Below the pieces are notes generated by a model. That model saw only the letters and a program-made list of their open reading frames with translations. It ran no database searches and was not told the origin of the DNA. The position numbers and the translations under genes are program-made. From Candidatus Saganbacteria bacterium (GTDB lineage Bacteria; Margulisbacteria; WOR-1; O2-12-FULL-45-9): a stretch of DNA of 64,000 bases. The stretch is from assembly GCA_016932255.1 (NCBI GenBank), contig JAFGDE010000015.1, forward strand, positions 29,694 to 93,693, in the 5' to 3' direction. Shown here one piece after another: positions 26,128 to 33,785 of the stretch (its first letter is position 1; each line of letters begins with the position of its first letter).

Positions 26128-26273
26128 TGGTCCGCGATATCTTCAAGGTTACAATCTTCGCTCTGCTGCTTCAATACGACCGCTTTACCGTCAGCATCCC
26201 AGGCAAAGACCTCAGGACAAAGATCGATACACAGACCGCAGCCGCTGCAAAGAGCCTGATCAACGGACACCAT
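26100..26273 (-). CDS. small ferredoxin (57 aa), unannotated in ORF track
   Basis: My translation: MVSVDQALCSGCGLCIDLCPEVFAWDADGKAVVLKQQSEDCNLEDIADQCPMEAIDL. It has CxxCxxCxxxCP plus a distal CP. GAGGAGGAAAG SD lies upstream. Confidence 0.65.
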   Translation of the reverse strand: MVSVDQALCSGCGLCIDLCPEVFAWDADGKAVVLKQQSEDCNLEDIADQCPMEAIDL

Positions 26274-26289
26274 GTTCTTTCCTCCTCTG

Positions 26290-26523
26290 TCAAATATTCA
26301 ACAATTGTTTTATCTTGGCCTTATCGAACCCAACGACTATTTGACCGCCTATATCCAACACGGGCACGCCCATCTGTCCGGATTTGCTGATCATTTCCTG
26401 GGCCGCGCTCTGATTGGCCGAAACATCAACATCTTCGAATTCAATATTGTTCTCGGCCAAGAACTGTTTGGTCATTTTACAATAAGGACAGGTCGGGGTC
26501 GAGTAGATCTTTATGTTCGTCAC
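26290..26523 (-). CDS. glutaredoxin-like protein (NrdH/YruB-type)
   Basis: IKIYSTPTCPYCKMTKQFL, GVPVLDIGGQIVVGFD; 77 aa. Confidence 0.85.
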   Translation of the reverse strand: MTNIKIYSTPTCPYCKMTKQFLAENNIEFEDVDVSANQSAAQEMISKSGQMGVPVLDIGGQIVVGFDKAKIKQLLNI

Positions 26524-26540
26524 AACGCCGCCTCCTTGTT

Positions 26541-26771
26541 CTACAGCCGGCCTTCTTCAAGCAGTCTTCTTTTTTCCTGGCGATGGCCGCATTCTTCGCA
26601 ATTGCTCGGATCAAACTCTATTTCCCGGCAAACAGCACAGGCCAGCACGACCTGGCCATGATATTTGCGTAAAGCCAATTGAGCAGAGCAGTTCGGACAG
26701 GTGAGACGCTGGCCGACCCTGCTCGAGATCTCGATCGGTGTGTCACAGATAGGACAGTTCTGTTTTGACAT
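26541..26771 (-). CDS. zinc-ribbon protein, function unknown
   Basis: Three Cys pairs: CPIC...CPNC, CAVC, CEEC; 76 aa. Confidence 0.5.
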   Translation of the reverse strand: MSKQNCPICDTPIEISSRVGQRLTCPNCSAQLALRKYHGQVVLACAVCREIEFDPSNCEECGHRQEKRRLLEEGRL

Positions 26772-26774
26772 ATC

Positions 26775-26981
26775 TTAGACCTCGTTCAGTTCCTTGATCA
26801 ATTCATCCGCATCCAGGCCATGGACCTCGGCCGCCTGGCCAATGGTCTCACCGTGAGCAATAACGCAACCCAGGCAATGCATCCCTTTCGACATGAGGAT
26901 CGGCGCGATCTGTGGCTTGAGTTTCAGGGCTTCGGCGATGGTCGTTTCTTTTTTCAGTTTACTCTCCGACATATCAACCAC
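26775..26981 (-). CDS. DUF1858 / hybrid-cluster-protein-associated redox disulfide domain protein
   Basis: TIAEALKLKPQIAPILMSKGMHCLGCVIAHGETIGQAAEVHGLDADELIKELN. Confidence 0.7.
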   Translation of the reverse strand: MVDMSESKLKKETTIAEALKLKPQIAPILMSKGMHCLGCVIAHGETIGQAAEVHGLDADELIKELNEV

Positions 26982-27061
26982 TCTCCGGTCATTATTCTAA
27001 CAGTTCCATTCGAAAATTCAAGCTGGCCAAAGCAGACAAAAACTTGACAAGTATTAAAATA

Positions 27062-27077
27062 TGTGAAAAAATTCACA
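27062..27077. promoter_or_regulatory. Rex operator (TGTGAA-N4-TTCACA) in the rex / redox-operon divergent region
   Basis: tgtgaaaaaattcaca is a perfect palindromic match to the Rex box half-sites. It overlaps a putative promoter (TTGACA 27044-27049, 17 nt, AAAAAT) 5 nt before the rex ATG. Confidence 0.7.
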
Positions 27078-27081
27078 AGCG

Positions 27082-27699
27082 ATGAAGAAAAGCATCCCGA
27101 AAAAGACCGTCCAGCGCTTGCTACTATATTATAGATCGCTCAACTTTCTTTTACAGCAAGGCATTAAGAACATATCCTCAAAGAGCCTGGCCGGCCTGAT
27201 GGAGATCAGGGATTCCCAGGTGCGTAAGGATCTTTCTTACTTTGGCCATTTAGGCAAACGTGGCGCGGGCTACGACGTGCTGGAACTACGAGATAAGATC
27301 GCCCGGATTCTGGGTATCGAACAAGTAAAGAACGTTTGCATTATCGGTATGGGCAGCCTCGGCTCCGCCCTGGCCGCTTACAAAGGCTTTGCCGCTTTAG
27401 GCTTCAAGGTCAGAGCGGTATTTGACAATGCCAGCCACAAGGTAGGCCGCAAGATCCGCGGCTATGAGTGCCGTCCAATGGAAGCGATGGAAAAGATCAT
27501 CCGCCAAGAGGACATAGAGATCGCCGTCCTGACCGTACCCGCTGATGCCGCGCAGGAAATCGCTGTCCGGCTGGAGAAATGCGGGATCAAGGCTATCCTC
27601 AATTTCGCTCCGGTAAAACTTTCGCTCTCCAGGCGGGTCAAGGTCAGCAATGTCGACCTGGCCATGGAGATAAAAACACTCTCCTTCTTCATTAAATAG
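27082..27699 (+). CDS. rex: redox-sensing transcriptional repressor Rex
   Basis: Winged helix VQRLLLYYRSL...SSKSLAGLMEIRDSQVRKDLSYFGHLGKRGAGYDV, followed by the Rossmann motif IIGMGSLGSALAAY. Confidence 0.9.
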   Translation: MKKSIPKKTVQRLLLYYRSLNFLLQQGIKNISSKSLAGLMEIRDSQVRKDLSYFGHLGKRGAGYDVLELRDKIARILGIEQVKNVCIIGMGSLGSALAAYKGFAALGFKVRAVFDNASHKVGRKIRGYECRPMEAMEKIIRQEDIEIAVLTVPADAAQEIAVRLEKCGIKAILNFAPVKLSLSRRVKVSNVDLAMEIKTLSFFIK

Positions 27700-27704
27700 A
27701 GGGC

Positions 27705-27733
27705 TTGACAATTGGGGTAGTTTGCTGTATCAT
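27705..27733 (+). promoter_or_regulatory. sigma70-type promoter of the hydrogenase operon
   Basis: TTGACA (27705-27710), 17-nt spacer, TATCAT (27728-27733). Confidence 0.55.
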
Positions 27734-27742
27734 TACCGTGTT

Positions 27743-27758
27743 TGTGATTTATTTCACA
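27743..27758. promoter_or_regulatory. Rex operator between the -10 box and the start codon of the hydrogenase operon
   Basis: tgtgatttatttcaca (with flanks, TTGTGATTTATTTCACAA) has one mismatch to TTGTGAA-N4-TTCACAA. It lies 10 nt before ATG 27769. Confidence 0.7.
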
Positions 27759-27768
27759 AGTCAAGCTT

Positions 27769-28830
27769 ATGCAATACGTAACGCTTAAGAAAGAACGGTT
27801 CGACGACTTCATCTCCCGGCTGGCCCAGGACAAGAAAGTGGTCGCTCCGGTGGCTCAGGACAATAATGCTTATGCCTTTGAGCCGGTCACCTCAGGCAGG
27901 CAGATTGCCAAGGACTATATCCCGACGATCCTGCCGCCCAAGAAATACTTCATGCCCCAATACGAGACCCTGGCCACTTTTAATATCGGCAACGGCCAGC
28001 AGATGGAACCGGTCGTGGAATATGAGAGGATGATCCTGTTCGGCGTGCGCACCTGCGACCTGGCCGGTATCCAATGCCTGAACATGGTTTTTTCTGAACG
28101 GCCCAAGGACCACAATTATCTGGTACGCAAGAGCAAGATAATCATCATCGGCTATGAGTGTAATGATTATTGCGATGAATATGCCAGCTGCCGCCTGGTC
28201 CACAACCATACCCCTAACGGCGGCTATGACCTGTTCTTCACTGATCTGGGCGATAAATTCATCGTTCATATCAATACCCAGGCCGGCGACGAGATAATCG
28301 AAAAGACTAAACTGTTCGAAGAAGCGAACGAAAAGGATCTTAAGGCGCTGGAAGCCCTGCGCGAAAAGAAACGCAAGATCTTTGCCAATGAAGTGCCGGT
28401 CGTTCACGAGAATATCCCGCAGGTCTTTGAAAAAAGCTATAACTCTAATATCTGGGAAGATCTAGGCAAGAAATGCTTGTCCTGCGGCAACTGCACCAAT
28501 GTCTGCCCGACCTGCTACTGCTTTGACGTGATCGATGAACCAAATCTGGACCTAAAGACCGGCAAGCGCTACCGCCGCTGGGATTCCTGCCAGAGCGAGA
28601 CCTTTGCCAAGGTCGCTGGCGGCGAAAGCTTCCGCGAAGAGCGCGCGGCCAGGCAAAGGCACCGCTATTACCGCAAGTTTAAATACCCTGTCGATAAGTT
28701 TGCCCGGCTGTTTTGCACGGGATGTGGCCGCTGCAGCCGTACCTGCATGGCTAAGATCAACCTGAAAGAGACTGTCACCGCCCTGGTCGCAGAACAGGGC
28801 CTGACAGATAAGAAGGCCGGTAAAGAATGA
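27769..28830 (+). CDS. NiFe hydrogenase (group 3b-like) beta subunit, 4Fe-4S protein (HydB/AsrA-like)
   Basis: CLSCGNCTNVCPTCYC and CTGCGRCSRTC ferredoxin-type motifs. First gene in a beta-gamma-delta-alpha order, as in sulfhydrogenase operons. Confidence 0.75.
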   Translation: MQYVTLKKERFDDFISRLAQDKKVVAPVAQDNNAYAFEPVTSGRQIAKDYIPTILPPKKYFMPQYETLATFNIGNGQQMEPVVEYERMILFGVRTCDLAGIQCLNMVFSERPKDHNYLVRKSKIIIIGYECNDYCDEYASCRLVHNHTPNGGYDLFFTDLGDKFIVHINTQAGDEIIEKTKLFEEANEKDLKALEALREKKRKIFANEVPVVHENIPQVFEKSYNSNIWEDLGKKCLSCGNCTNVCPTCYCFDVIDEPNLDLKTGKRYRRWDSCQSETFAKVAGGESFREERAARQRHRYYRKFKYPVDKFARLFCTGCGRCSRTCMAKINLKETVTALVAEQGLTDKKAGKE

Positions 28831-29690
28831 CACTGAAGCGAGTGATCCTTAAGGACTCTGAGTACGAGATCAAGCGGGCCAGGATCCTGCGCACCAAACA
28901 GATGACCGAGACCGAGAAGTATTTTGAGATCCAGCTGCCCGGCGGTGAAAGCCTGGACCATGAGCCCGGGCAGTTCGTTGAGGTCTCGTTACTGGGTATC
29001 GGGGAAGCCCCGATCTCTATCTCTTCCTCCCCCACCAAACGCGGCTCTTTTGAGCTGGTGGTACGTGATGTAGGCAAATTCACCGGTCAGGGCGGCAGGT
29101 TGACCGGCGCCCTGCACAAGCTGGAGGCCGGCGATGAAGTGGGCATTCGCGGCCCGTTCGGCAAGGGCTTTCCTGTCAGGATCCTGGAGGGCAATGACCT
29201 TCTGTTCGTTGCCGCCGGCCTGGGCGTTGTTCCCTTGCGCTCGCTGATCAACTACGTTATCGACAATCGCCGCGATTTCGGCAAGGTCACGATACTGCTG
29301 GGCTGCCGCACGCCGCAGAACATGCTTTTTGCCGACGAAGTTAATGAATGGAACAAGCGTTTGGATGTCAACCTCAACTGCACGGTCGACAAGGCCGATC
29401 CTGAATGGAAAGGCAATGTCGGCCTGATCACTTCGCTGATCCCGGGCGTAACCCTTGAGCCGGAGAGGACCTTCGGCGTGGTGGTCGGACCGCCGATCAT
29501 GTACAAGTTCGTCATCAAGGAACTGCTTAAAAAACAGATCCCGGAGCGCCAGATCCTGCTCTCGCTGGAGCGGCACATGAAGTGCGGTCTGGGCAAATGC
29601 GGCCACTGCCAGATCAATGACGTTTATTGCTGCCAGGACGGCCCGGTCTTCAGTTACGATAAGACCAAAAATTTCCCTGAGGCGGTTTAA
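28827..29690 (+). CDS. hydrogenase gamma subunit, FAD/NAD(P)-binding oxidoreductase with 2Fe-2S (HydG/AsrB-like)
   Basis: PGQFVEV, GIGEAPISI, FVAAGLGVVPLRS. C-terminal CGLGKCGHCQINDVYCC. 4-nt overlap with the beta gene. Confidence 0.8.
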   Translation: MTLKRVILKDSEYEIKRARILRTKQMTETEKYFEIQLPGGESLDHEPGQFVEVSLLGIGEAPISISSSPTKRGSFELVVRDVGKFTGQGGRLTGALHKLEAGDEVGIRGPFGKGFPVRILEGNDLLFVAAGLGVVPLRSLINYVIDNRRDFGKVTILLGCRTPQNMLFADEVNEWNKRLDVNLNCTVDKADPEWKGNVGLITSLIPGVTLEPERTFGVVVGPPIMYKFVIKELLKKQIPERQILLSLERHMKCGLGKCGHCQINDVYCCQDGPVFSYDKTKNFPEAV

Positions 29691-29696
29691 TTAACT

Positions 29697-30464
29697 ATGG
29701 CTAAACCAAAAGTCGCGTTCTTTGATTTCGCCTGCTGCGAGGGCTGCCAGCTGCAGGTCGCCAATATGGGCGAAATGCTGCTGGACGTGCTCGGGGCTAT
29801 TGATGTTGTTGAGTTCCGCGAAGTCATGTCAGAAATTGGCCCGGACAAGATCGATGTGGCCATTGTTGAAGGCAGCATCACCGACCATCATGCGGTCGAA
29901 CGCATCAAGAAGATCCGCGAACGCGCCTCTATCCTGATCGCCTACGGCGCCTGTGCCTGTATTGGCGGGGTCAACGGTATGAAGAATAATTTCAAGCTGG
30001 ACGACATCCGCAAAGAAGTCTACGGCAAGGACTACAAATATTTCGATTCAGTCGAGACCAGGGCCGTGCACCAGGTCGTCAAGGTCGACTACAAGGTCAA
30101 CGGCTGTCCGGTCTATATCCCGGAGTTCGTCAAAGTACTCAAGGCCGCGCTGGCGGGCCTGCCCTACGAAGTGCCGGATTACTCGGTCTGTGTCGAGTGC
30201 AAACTCAACGAGAACGTCTGCATGTACGACCGCGGCCTGACCTGCCTGGGGCCGGTGACCAAGGCCGGCTGCAATTCCTGGTGCATCAATAATAACAACA
30301 TCTGCTACGGTTGCCGCGGCATGGTCAGCAACCCGAACGAGAACGGCGCCAAGGATGTTATCGCCAAATACAACATTCCCATGGACCTGGTCGTCAACAA
30401 GATGAACATGTATAACAAATGCAGGGAGATCGATCAACGTGAGCAACCCAAAAAGAAACATTAG
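29697..30464 (+). CDS. NiFe hydrogenase small (delta) subunit
   Basis: KVAFFDFACCEGCQL, YGACACIGG, CVECK...C...GC Cys clusters; 255 aa. Confidence 0.85.
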   Translation: MAKPKVAFFDFACCEGCQLQVANMGEMLLDVLGAIDVVEFREVMSEIGPDKIDVAIVEGSITDHHAVERIKKIRERASILIAYGACACIGGVNGMKNNFKLDDIRKEVYGKDYKYFDSVETRAVHQVVKVDYKVNGCPVYIPEFVKVLKAALAGLPYEVPDYSVCVECKLNENVCMYDRGLTCLGPVTKAGCNSWCINNNNICYGCRGMVSNPNENGAKDVIAKYNIPMDLVVNKMNMYNKCREIDQREQPKKKH

Positions 30465-31773
30465 TGTTAACGTCGAGTACCTGACCCGTGTCGAAGGGCA
30501 CGGCAATATCGTGGTCGACGTCAAAAACGGCGTGATGAAGACCTGCGAGCTGCAGATAGTGGAATCGCCGCGTTTCTTTGAGGGCATGATCAAGGGACGT
30601 TCGATCTTTGAAGCCCAGCACATCACCTGCCGCATCTGCGGCATCTGCTCCTGCGGCCACACCCTGGCCTCGATCCAGGCGGCTGAGGACGCGATCGGTT
30701 TTAAACCCAGCAAACAGACCACTGAACTGCGCAAGTTCCTGCTCCACATGGAGAACCTGGACAGCCACCTGCTGCACATCTACCTGCTGGTCGCCCCGGA
30801 CCTTTTGGGCGTTAAGAGCTTTGTGCCGCTGATCGACTCGCACAACAAGGTCGTGCGCCGGGCGCTCAGGATGAAAAAAGCCTGTAACGACGTCTGCGAC
30901 ATCCAGGTCGGCCGCCATGTGCACCCGATCTCAGCCATTGTCGGCGGCTTCACCAAGCTGCCCAGAGAAAAAGATCTCGACGCCATGCTCAACATCCTCT
31001 ATAACATGAGGCCTGACATGGAAGCGACCGTTGAGCTGGCCGCCACCCTCAAGTTCCCGGAGTTCGAGCGCGACACCGAGTACGTTGCCCTGGTCAGCGA
31101 CGACCCTGAATATCCGATGCTGATCGGCGATGTCGGCTCGACCGACGGCGTGCGCAAGAACAAGAAAGAATACAAGAGCATCACCAATGAGTTCGTGGTG
31201 CCGCATTCAAGTGCTAAGCACACCAAACTAAGCCGCGGCTCTTACGCGGTTGGGGCACTCGCCCGCTTCAACCTGAACGCGGACAAGCTGCATCCCAAAG
31301 CCAAAGAAATTGCTAAGGCTATCGGCCTGAAACCTAAATGCATCAATCCATATCTTAATACCGCGGCCCAGCTGGTCGAATGCGTTCACTCCCTTGAAGA
31401 GGCCATCCGCATCATGGAAGAGCTCAAACAGAGCGGCATCAATTATGACGAAGAGGTCATCGTCGGCCTGAACGAGAAAGGCACCATCCCGGTCAAGCCG
31501 GGCAACGGTGTGGGCGCGGTCGAAGTGCCTCGCGGCATACTTTTCCACAACTACGAAGTGGATGAAAAAGGCATCATCACCAAGGCCAACTGCATCATCC
31601 CGACCAATCAAAACGTCAACAACGCCGAGCAGGACCTGAAAAAGATCGTGCCGGAGATCCTGGATAAGTCCGACGAGGAGATCACTCTGCTGCTGGAGAT
31701 GTTGGTCCGGGCTTATGATCCGTGTATTTCCTGTTCCGCCCACTTCCTGGACGTTAAATTTGTTAACCGCTGA
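30439..31773 (+). CDS. NiFe hydrogenase large (alpha) subunit
   Basis: LTRVEGHG, N-terminal Ni site RICGICSCGH, C-terminal DPCISCSAH plus the 9-aa extension FLDVKFVNR (protease substrate). GTG start overlaps the small-subunit gene. Confidence 0.9.
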   Translation: MSNPKRNISVNVEYLTRVEGHGNIVVDVKNGVMKTCELQIVESPRFFEGMIKGRSIFEAQHITCRICGICSCGHTLASIQAAEDAIGFKPSKQTTELRKFLLHMENLDSHLLHIYLLVAPDLLGVKSFVPLIDSHNKVVRRALRMKKACNDVCDIQVGRHVHPISAIVGGFTKLPREKDLDAMLNILYNMRPDMEATVELAATLKFPEFERDTEYVALVSDDPEYPMLIGDVGSTDGVRKNKKEYKSITNEFVVPHSSAKHTKLSRGSYAVGALARFNLNADKLHPKAKEIAKAIGLKPKCINPYLNTAAQLVECVHSLEEAIRIMEELKQSGINYDEEVIVGLNEKGTIPVKPGNGVGAVEVPRGILFHNYEVDEKGIITKANCIIPTNQNVNNAEQDLKKIVPEILDKSDEEITLLLEMLVRAYDPCISCSAHFLDVKFVNR

Positions 31774-32227
31774 AGTTAAGCAAGCGCTTACTCCCGCAAC
31801 AACAGGCATTACACTGATCATTACCGTCGGCAATACTTTGCGCAGCGATGACGGCGTCGGGCCCTATATCGCCGAAGGCTGCTCCAGGCTGAAAGCTGGA
31901 TTGGCCTTGCTGGACGTAGGGGATAAGCCGGAGAACGGTATTGATCAGGCAGTTAACAGCAAAGCAAGCAAGGTTGTGTTCATTGACGCGGCTGATTTCG
32001 GCGGCCATGTCGGGGAAGCCAGGCTGGTCCCGAAAGAACAGATCCCGCAGACGAGCTTAAGCACGCATACGTTCCCGTTGCCGGTCATTGCTAAAATGAT
32101 CGAAGAGGATGCCAAGGCTAAAGTTCTCTTCCTGGGCATCCAGCCAGCTAAGGTGGAACTGGGCGAAGGATTGAACAAAAAAGTTAGGGCGACCGGAGAT
32201 GAAATAATCGCCCTGTTAAAGGAGTAA
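31715..32227 (+). CDS. hydrogenase maturation endopeptidase (HycI/FrhD-like)
   Basis: IITVGNTLRSDDGVGPYI, VVFIDAADFGGHVGE, STHTFPL. Start uncertain: ATG 31715 overlaps the large subunit by 59 nt, and TTG 31760 is an alternative. Confidence 0.7.
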   Translation: MIRVFPVPPTSWTLNLLTAEVKQALTPATTGITLIITVGNTLRSDDGVGPYIAEGCSRLKAGLALLDVGDKPENGIDQAVNSKASKVVFIDAADFGGHVGEARLVPKEQIPQTSLSTHTFPLPVIAKMIEEDAKAKVLFLGIQPAKVELGEGLNKKVRATGDEIIALLKE

Positions 32228-32232
32228 CGATC

Positions 32233-32475
32233 ATGCACGAAATGCACTTATTGACCGATCTATTGAACGACCTGCTCAAAGCCGGCAATGACAATCAGGC
32301 CAAGAAGATCACCAGGGTCTATCTGAGGATGGGCACTTTTACTGAGATAAACGAAGACATCCTGCGTCACTTTTTCACAGAGAAAGCCAAAGGAACTATC
32401 GCTGAAGCGGCAGAGATAAGCATTGAACCTTCTGAAACAAGGGAACTGCGCCTGCTTTCATTCGATTGTGAGTAA
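32233..32475 (+). CDS. HypA-like protein, N-terminal (nickel-binding) domain only; zinc-finger domain absent
   Basis: MHEMHLLTDLLNDLL...AKKITRVYLRMGTFTEINEDILRHFF...GTIAEAAEISIE parallels the HypA N-domain, including the MHE start. The ORF ends at 80 aa with no CxxC...CxxC. Confidence 0.55.
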   Translation: MHEMHLLTDLLNDLLKAGNDNQAKKITRVYLRMGTFTEINEDILRHFFTEKAKGTIAEAAEISIEPSETRELRLLSFDCE

Positions 32476-32477
32476 TT

Positions 32478-33785
32478 ATGTGCTACGCGATCCCCGGAAA
32501 AGTCATAGGTTTCGAAGGAAAACTCGTTAAGGTCGAGTATTTCGGCGAGGTCAAGCAGGCGGTCAATGAGTTTGACGATCTTGAGCTCGGCGATTATATT
32601 TACGCCCAGGGCGGCTATACTATTAAAAAGATTCCTGAGGCTGAGGCCCTTTCCATCCTGGCTACTTGGAAAGAGACCTTTTTTGAATTGCAGGAACTTG
32701 ATCTGAGACTGTCGCGCCTTGATCTGGAAAAGGCTGGCATAGACAAAAAGTTCGCCCTGATCCTGGACAAGGCGGCCGAAGACCTAGCGCTTAAAGAAAC
32801 CGACCTGCTTTACCTGCTCAACCTGGAAGGCGAAAAAGAGCTCAAACTGCTTTATAAAGTCGCTAATTTCCTGCGCCAGAAGCATCTGGGCAACTCCTGC
32901 TGTGTGCACGGCATTATTGAGTTCTCCAACCACTGTTCTCAAAACTGCGCTTATTGCGGTATCTCGACCCACAACCGCGACCTCAGGCGCTATCGTATGA
33001 CCAAACAGCAGATCGCGGACGCGGCTTATGATGCGATCGAGACCTGGGGCTTTAAGGCCCTGGTCCTGCAAAGCGGCGAGGATCCCGCCTATTCCGTCGC
33101 TGATCTGGCTGAGATCATCCAGGAAATAAAACAACGGTCAGCTGTGCTGATCTTCATCAGCTGCGGCGAGGTCGGCTTAAACGGTCTGGAAAAGCTGTAT
33201 CAGGCAGGCGCCAGGGGTTTGCTGATGCGTTTTGAGACCGGCAATCCGAAACTCTATGAGAAACTTCATCCTGACAGAAGCTTAGCTTCGCGTCTGGCGC
33301 ATCTGAAAAAGGCCTTTGAACTTGGTTATTTATTGATCACCGGCGGCCTGATCGGCTTACCCGGCCAGACCAGGGAAGATATCCTGAAAGATATTCTTTT
33401 GACCAAGGAACTGCGCACGGAAATGTATACTTTTGGCCCGTTCCTGCCCCACCCCAACACCCCTCTGGCCCTGACCCCTCCGCCATCTGTTAAAGAAGTG
33501 TTGAAAACCCTTGCCGTGGCCAGGCTAGCCGACGCCAAAGATGGTAAGATAGTCGTAACGACCGGTTTTGAAACCCTCCATCCCCAGGCCCGGGAGGAAG
33601 GACTGGTCGCTGGCGCCAACTCCGTGATGCTCAATGTCACACCGGCAGAGTTCAGTAAAAATTACCTGATCTATCCCAAGCGCGCGCATTCAGGCGAGCG
33701 TTTGAAAGAACAGATCGACACGACACTTAAGATCCTGCGTGATCTTGGCCGGGCACCGACAGACTTAGGGGTAACTCATGCTTAA
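32478..33785 (+). CDS. hydE: HypC-like domain fused to HydE-type radical SAM maturase
   Basis: Residues 1-70, MCYAIPGKVIGFEGKLVKVEYFGEVKQAVNEF..LGDYIYAQGGYTIKKIPEAEA, carry the HypC/HupF hallmark. The remainder is HydE-like: GIIEFSNHCSQNCAYCGIS, RRYRM, VLQSGEDP. Confidence 0.75.
   Translation: MCYAIPGKVIGFEGKLVKVEYFGEVKQAVNEFDDLELGDYIYAQGGYTIKKIPEAEALSILATWKETFFELQELDLRLSRLDLEKAGIDKKFALILDKAAEDLALKETDLLYLLNLEGEKELKLLYKVANFLRQKHLGNSCCVHGIIEFSNHCSQNCAYCGISTHNRDLRRYRMTKQQIADAAYDAIETWGFKALVLQSGEDPAYSVADLAEIIQEIKQRSAVLIFISCGEVGLNGLEKLYQAGARGLLMRFETGNPKLYEKLHPDRSLASRLAHLKKAFELGYLLITGGLIGLPGQTREDILKDILLTKELRTEMYTFGPFLPHPNTPLALTPPPSVKEVLKTLAVARLADAKDGKIVVTTGFETLHPQAREEGLVAGANSVMLNVTPAEFSKNYLIYPKRAHSGERLKEQIDTTLKILRDLGRAPTDLGVTHA

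Noticed and set aside
26541-26771. Zinc-ribbon protein as LysW (amino-group carrier protein)
   Set aside because: It lacks the acidic C-terminal EDWGE-type tail, and no lysX/argX-type genes are nearby.
28989-31833. Several 170-240-aa minus-strand ORFs (28989..29606, 30048..30779, 30394..30924, 31228..31833) across the hydrogenase genes
   Set aside because: All are antisense to genes with unmistakable hydrogenase motifs. No start-site signals and no recognisable domains.
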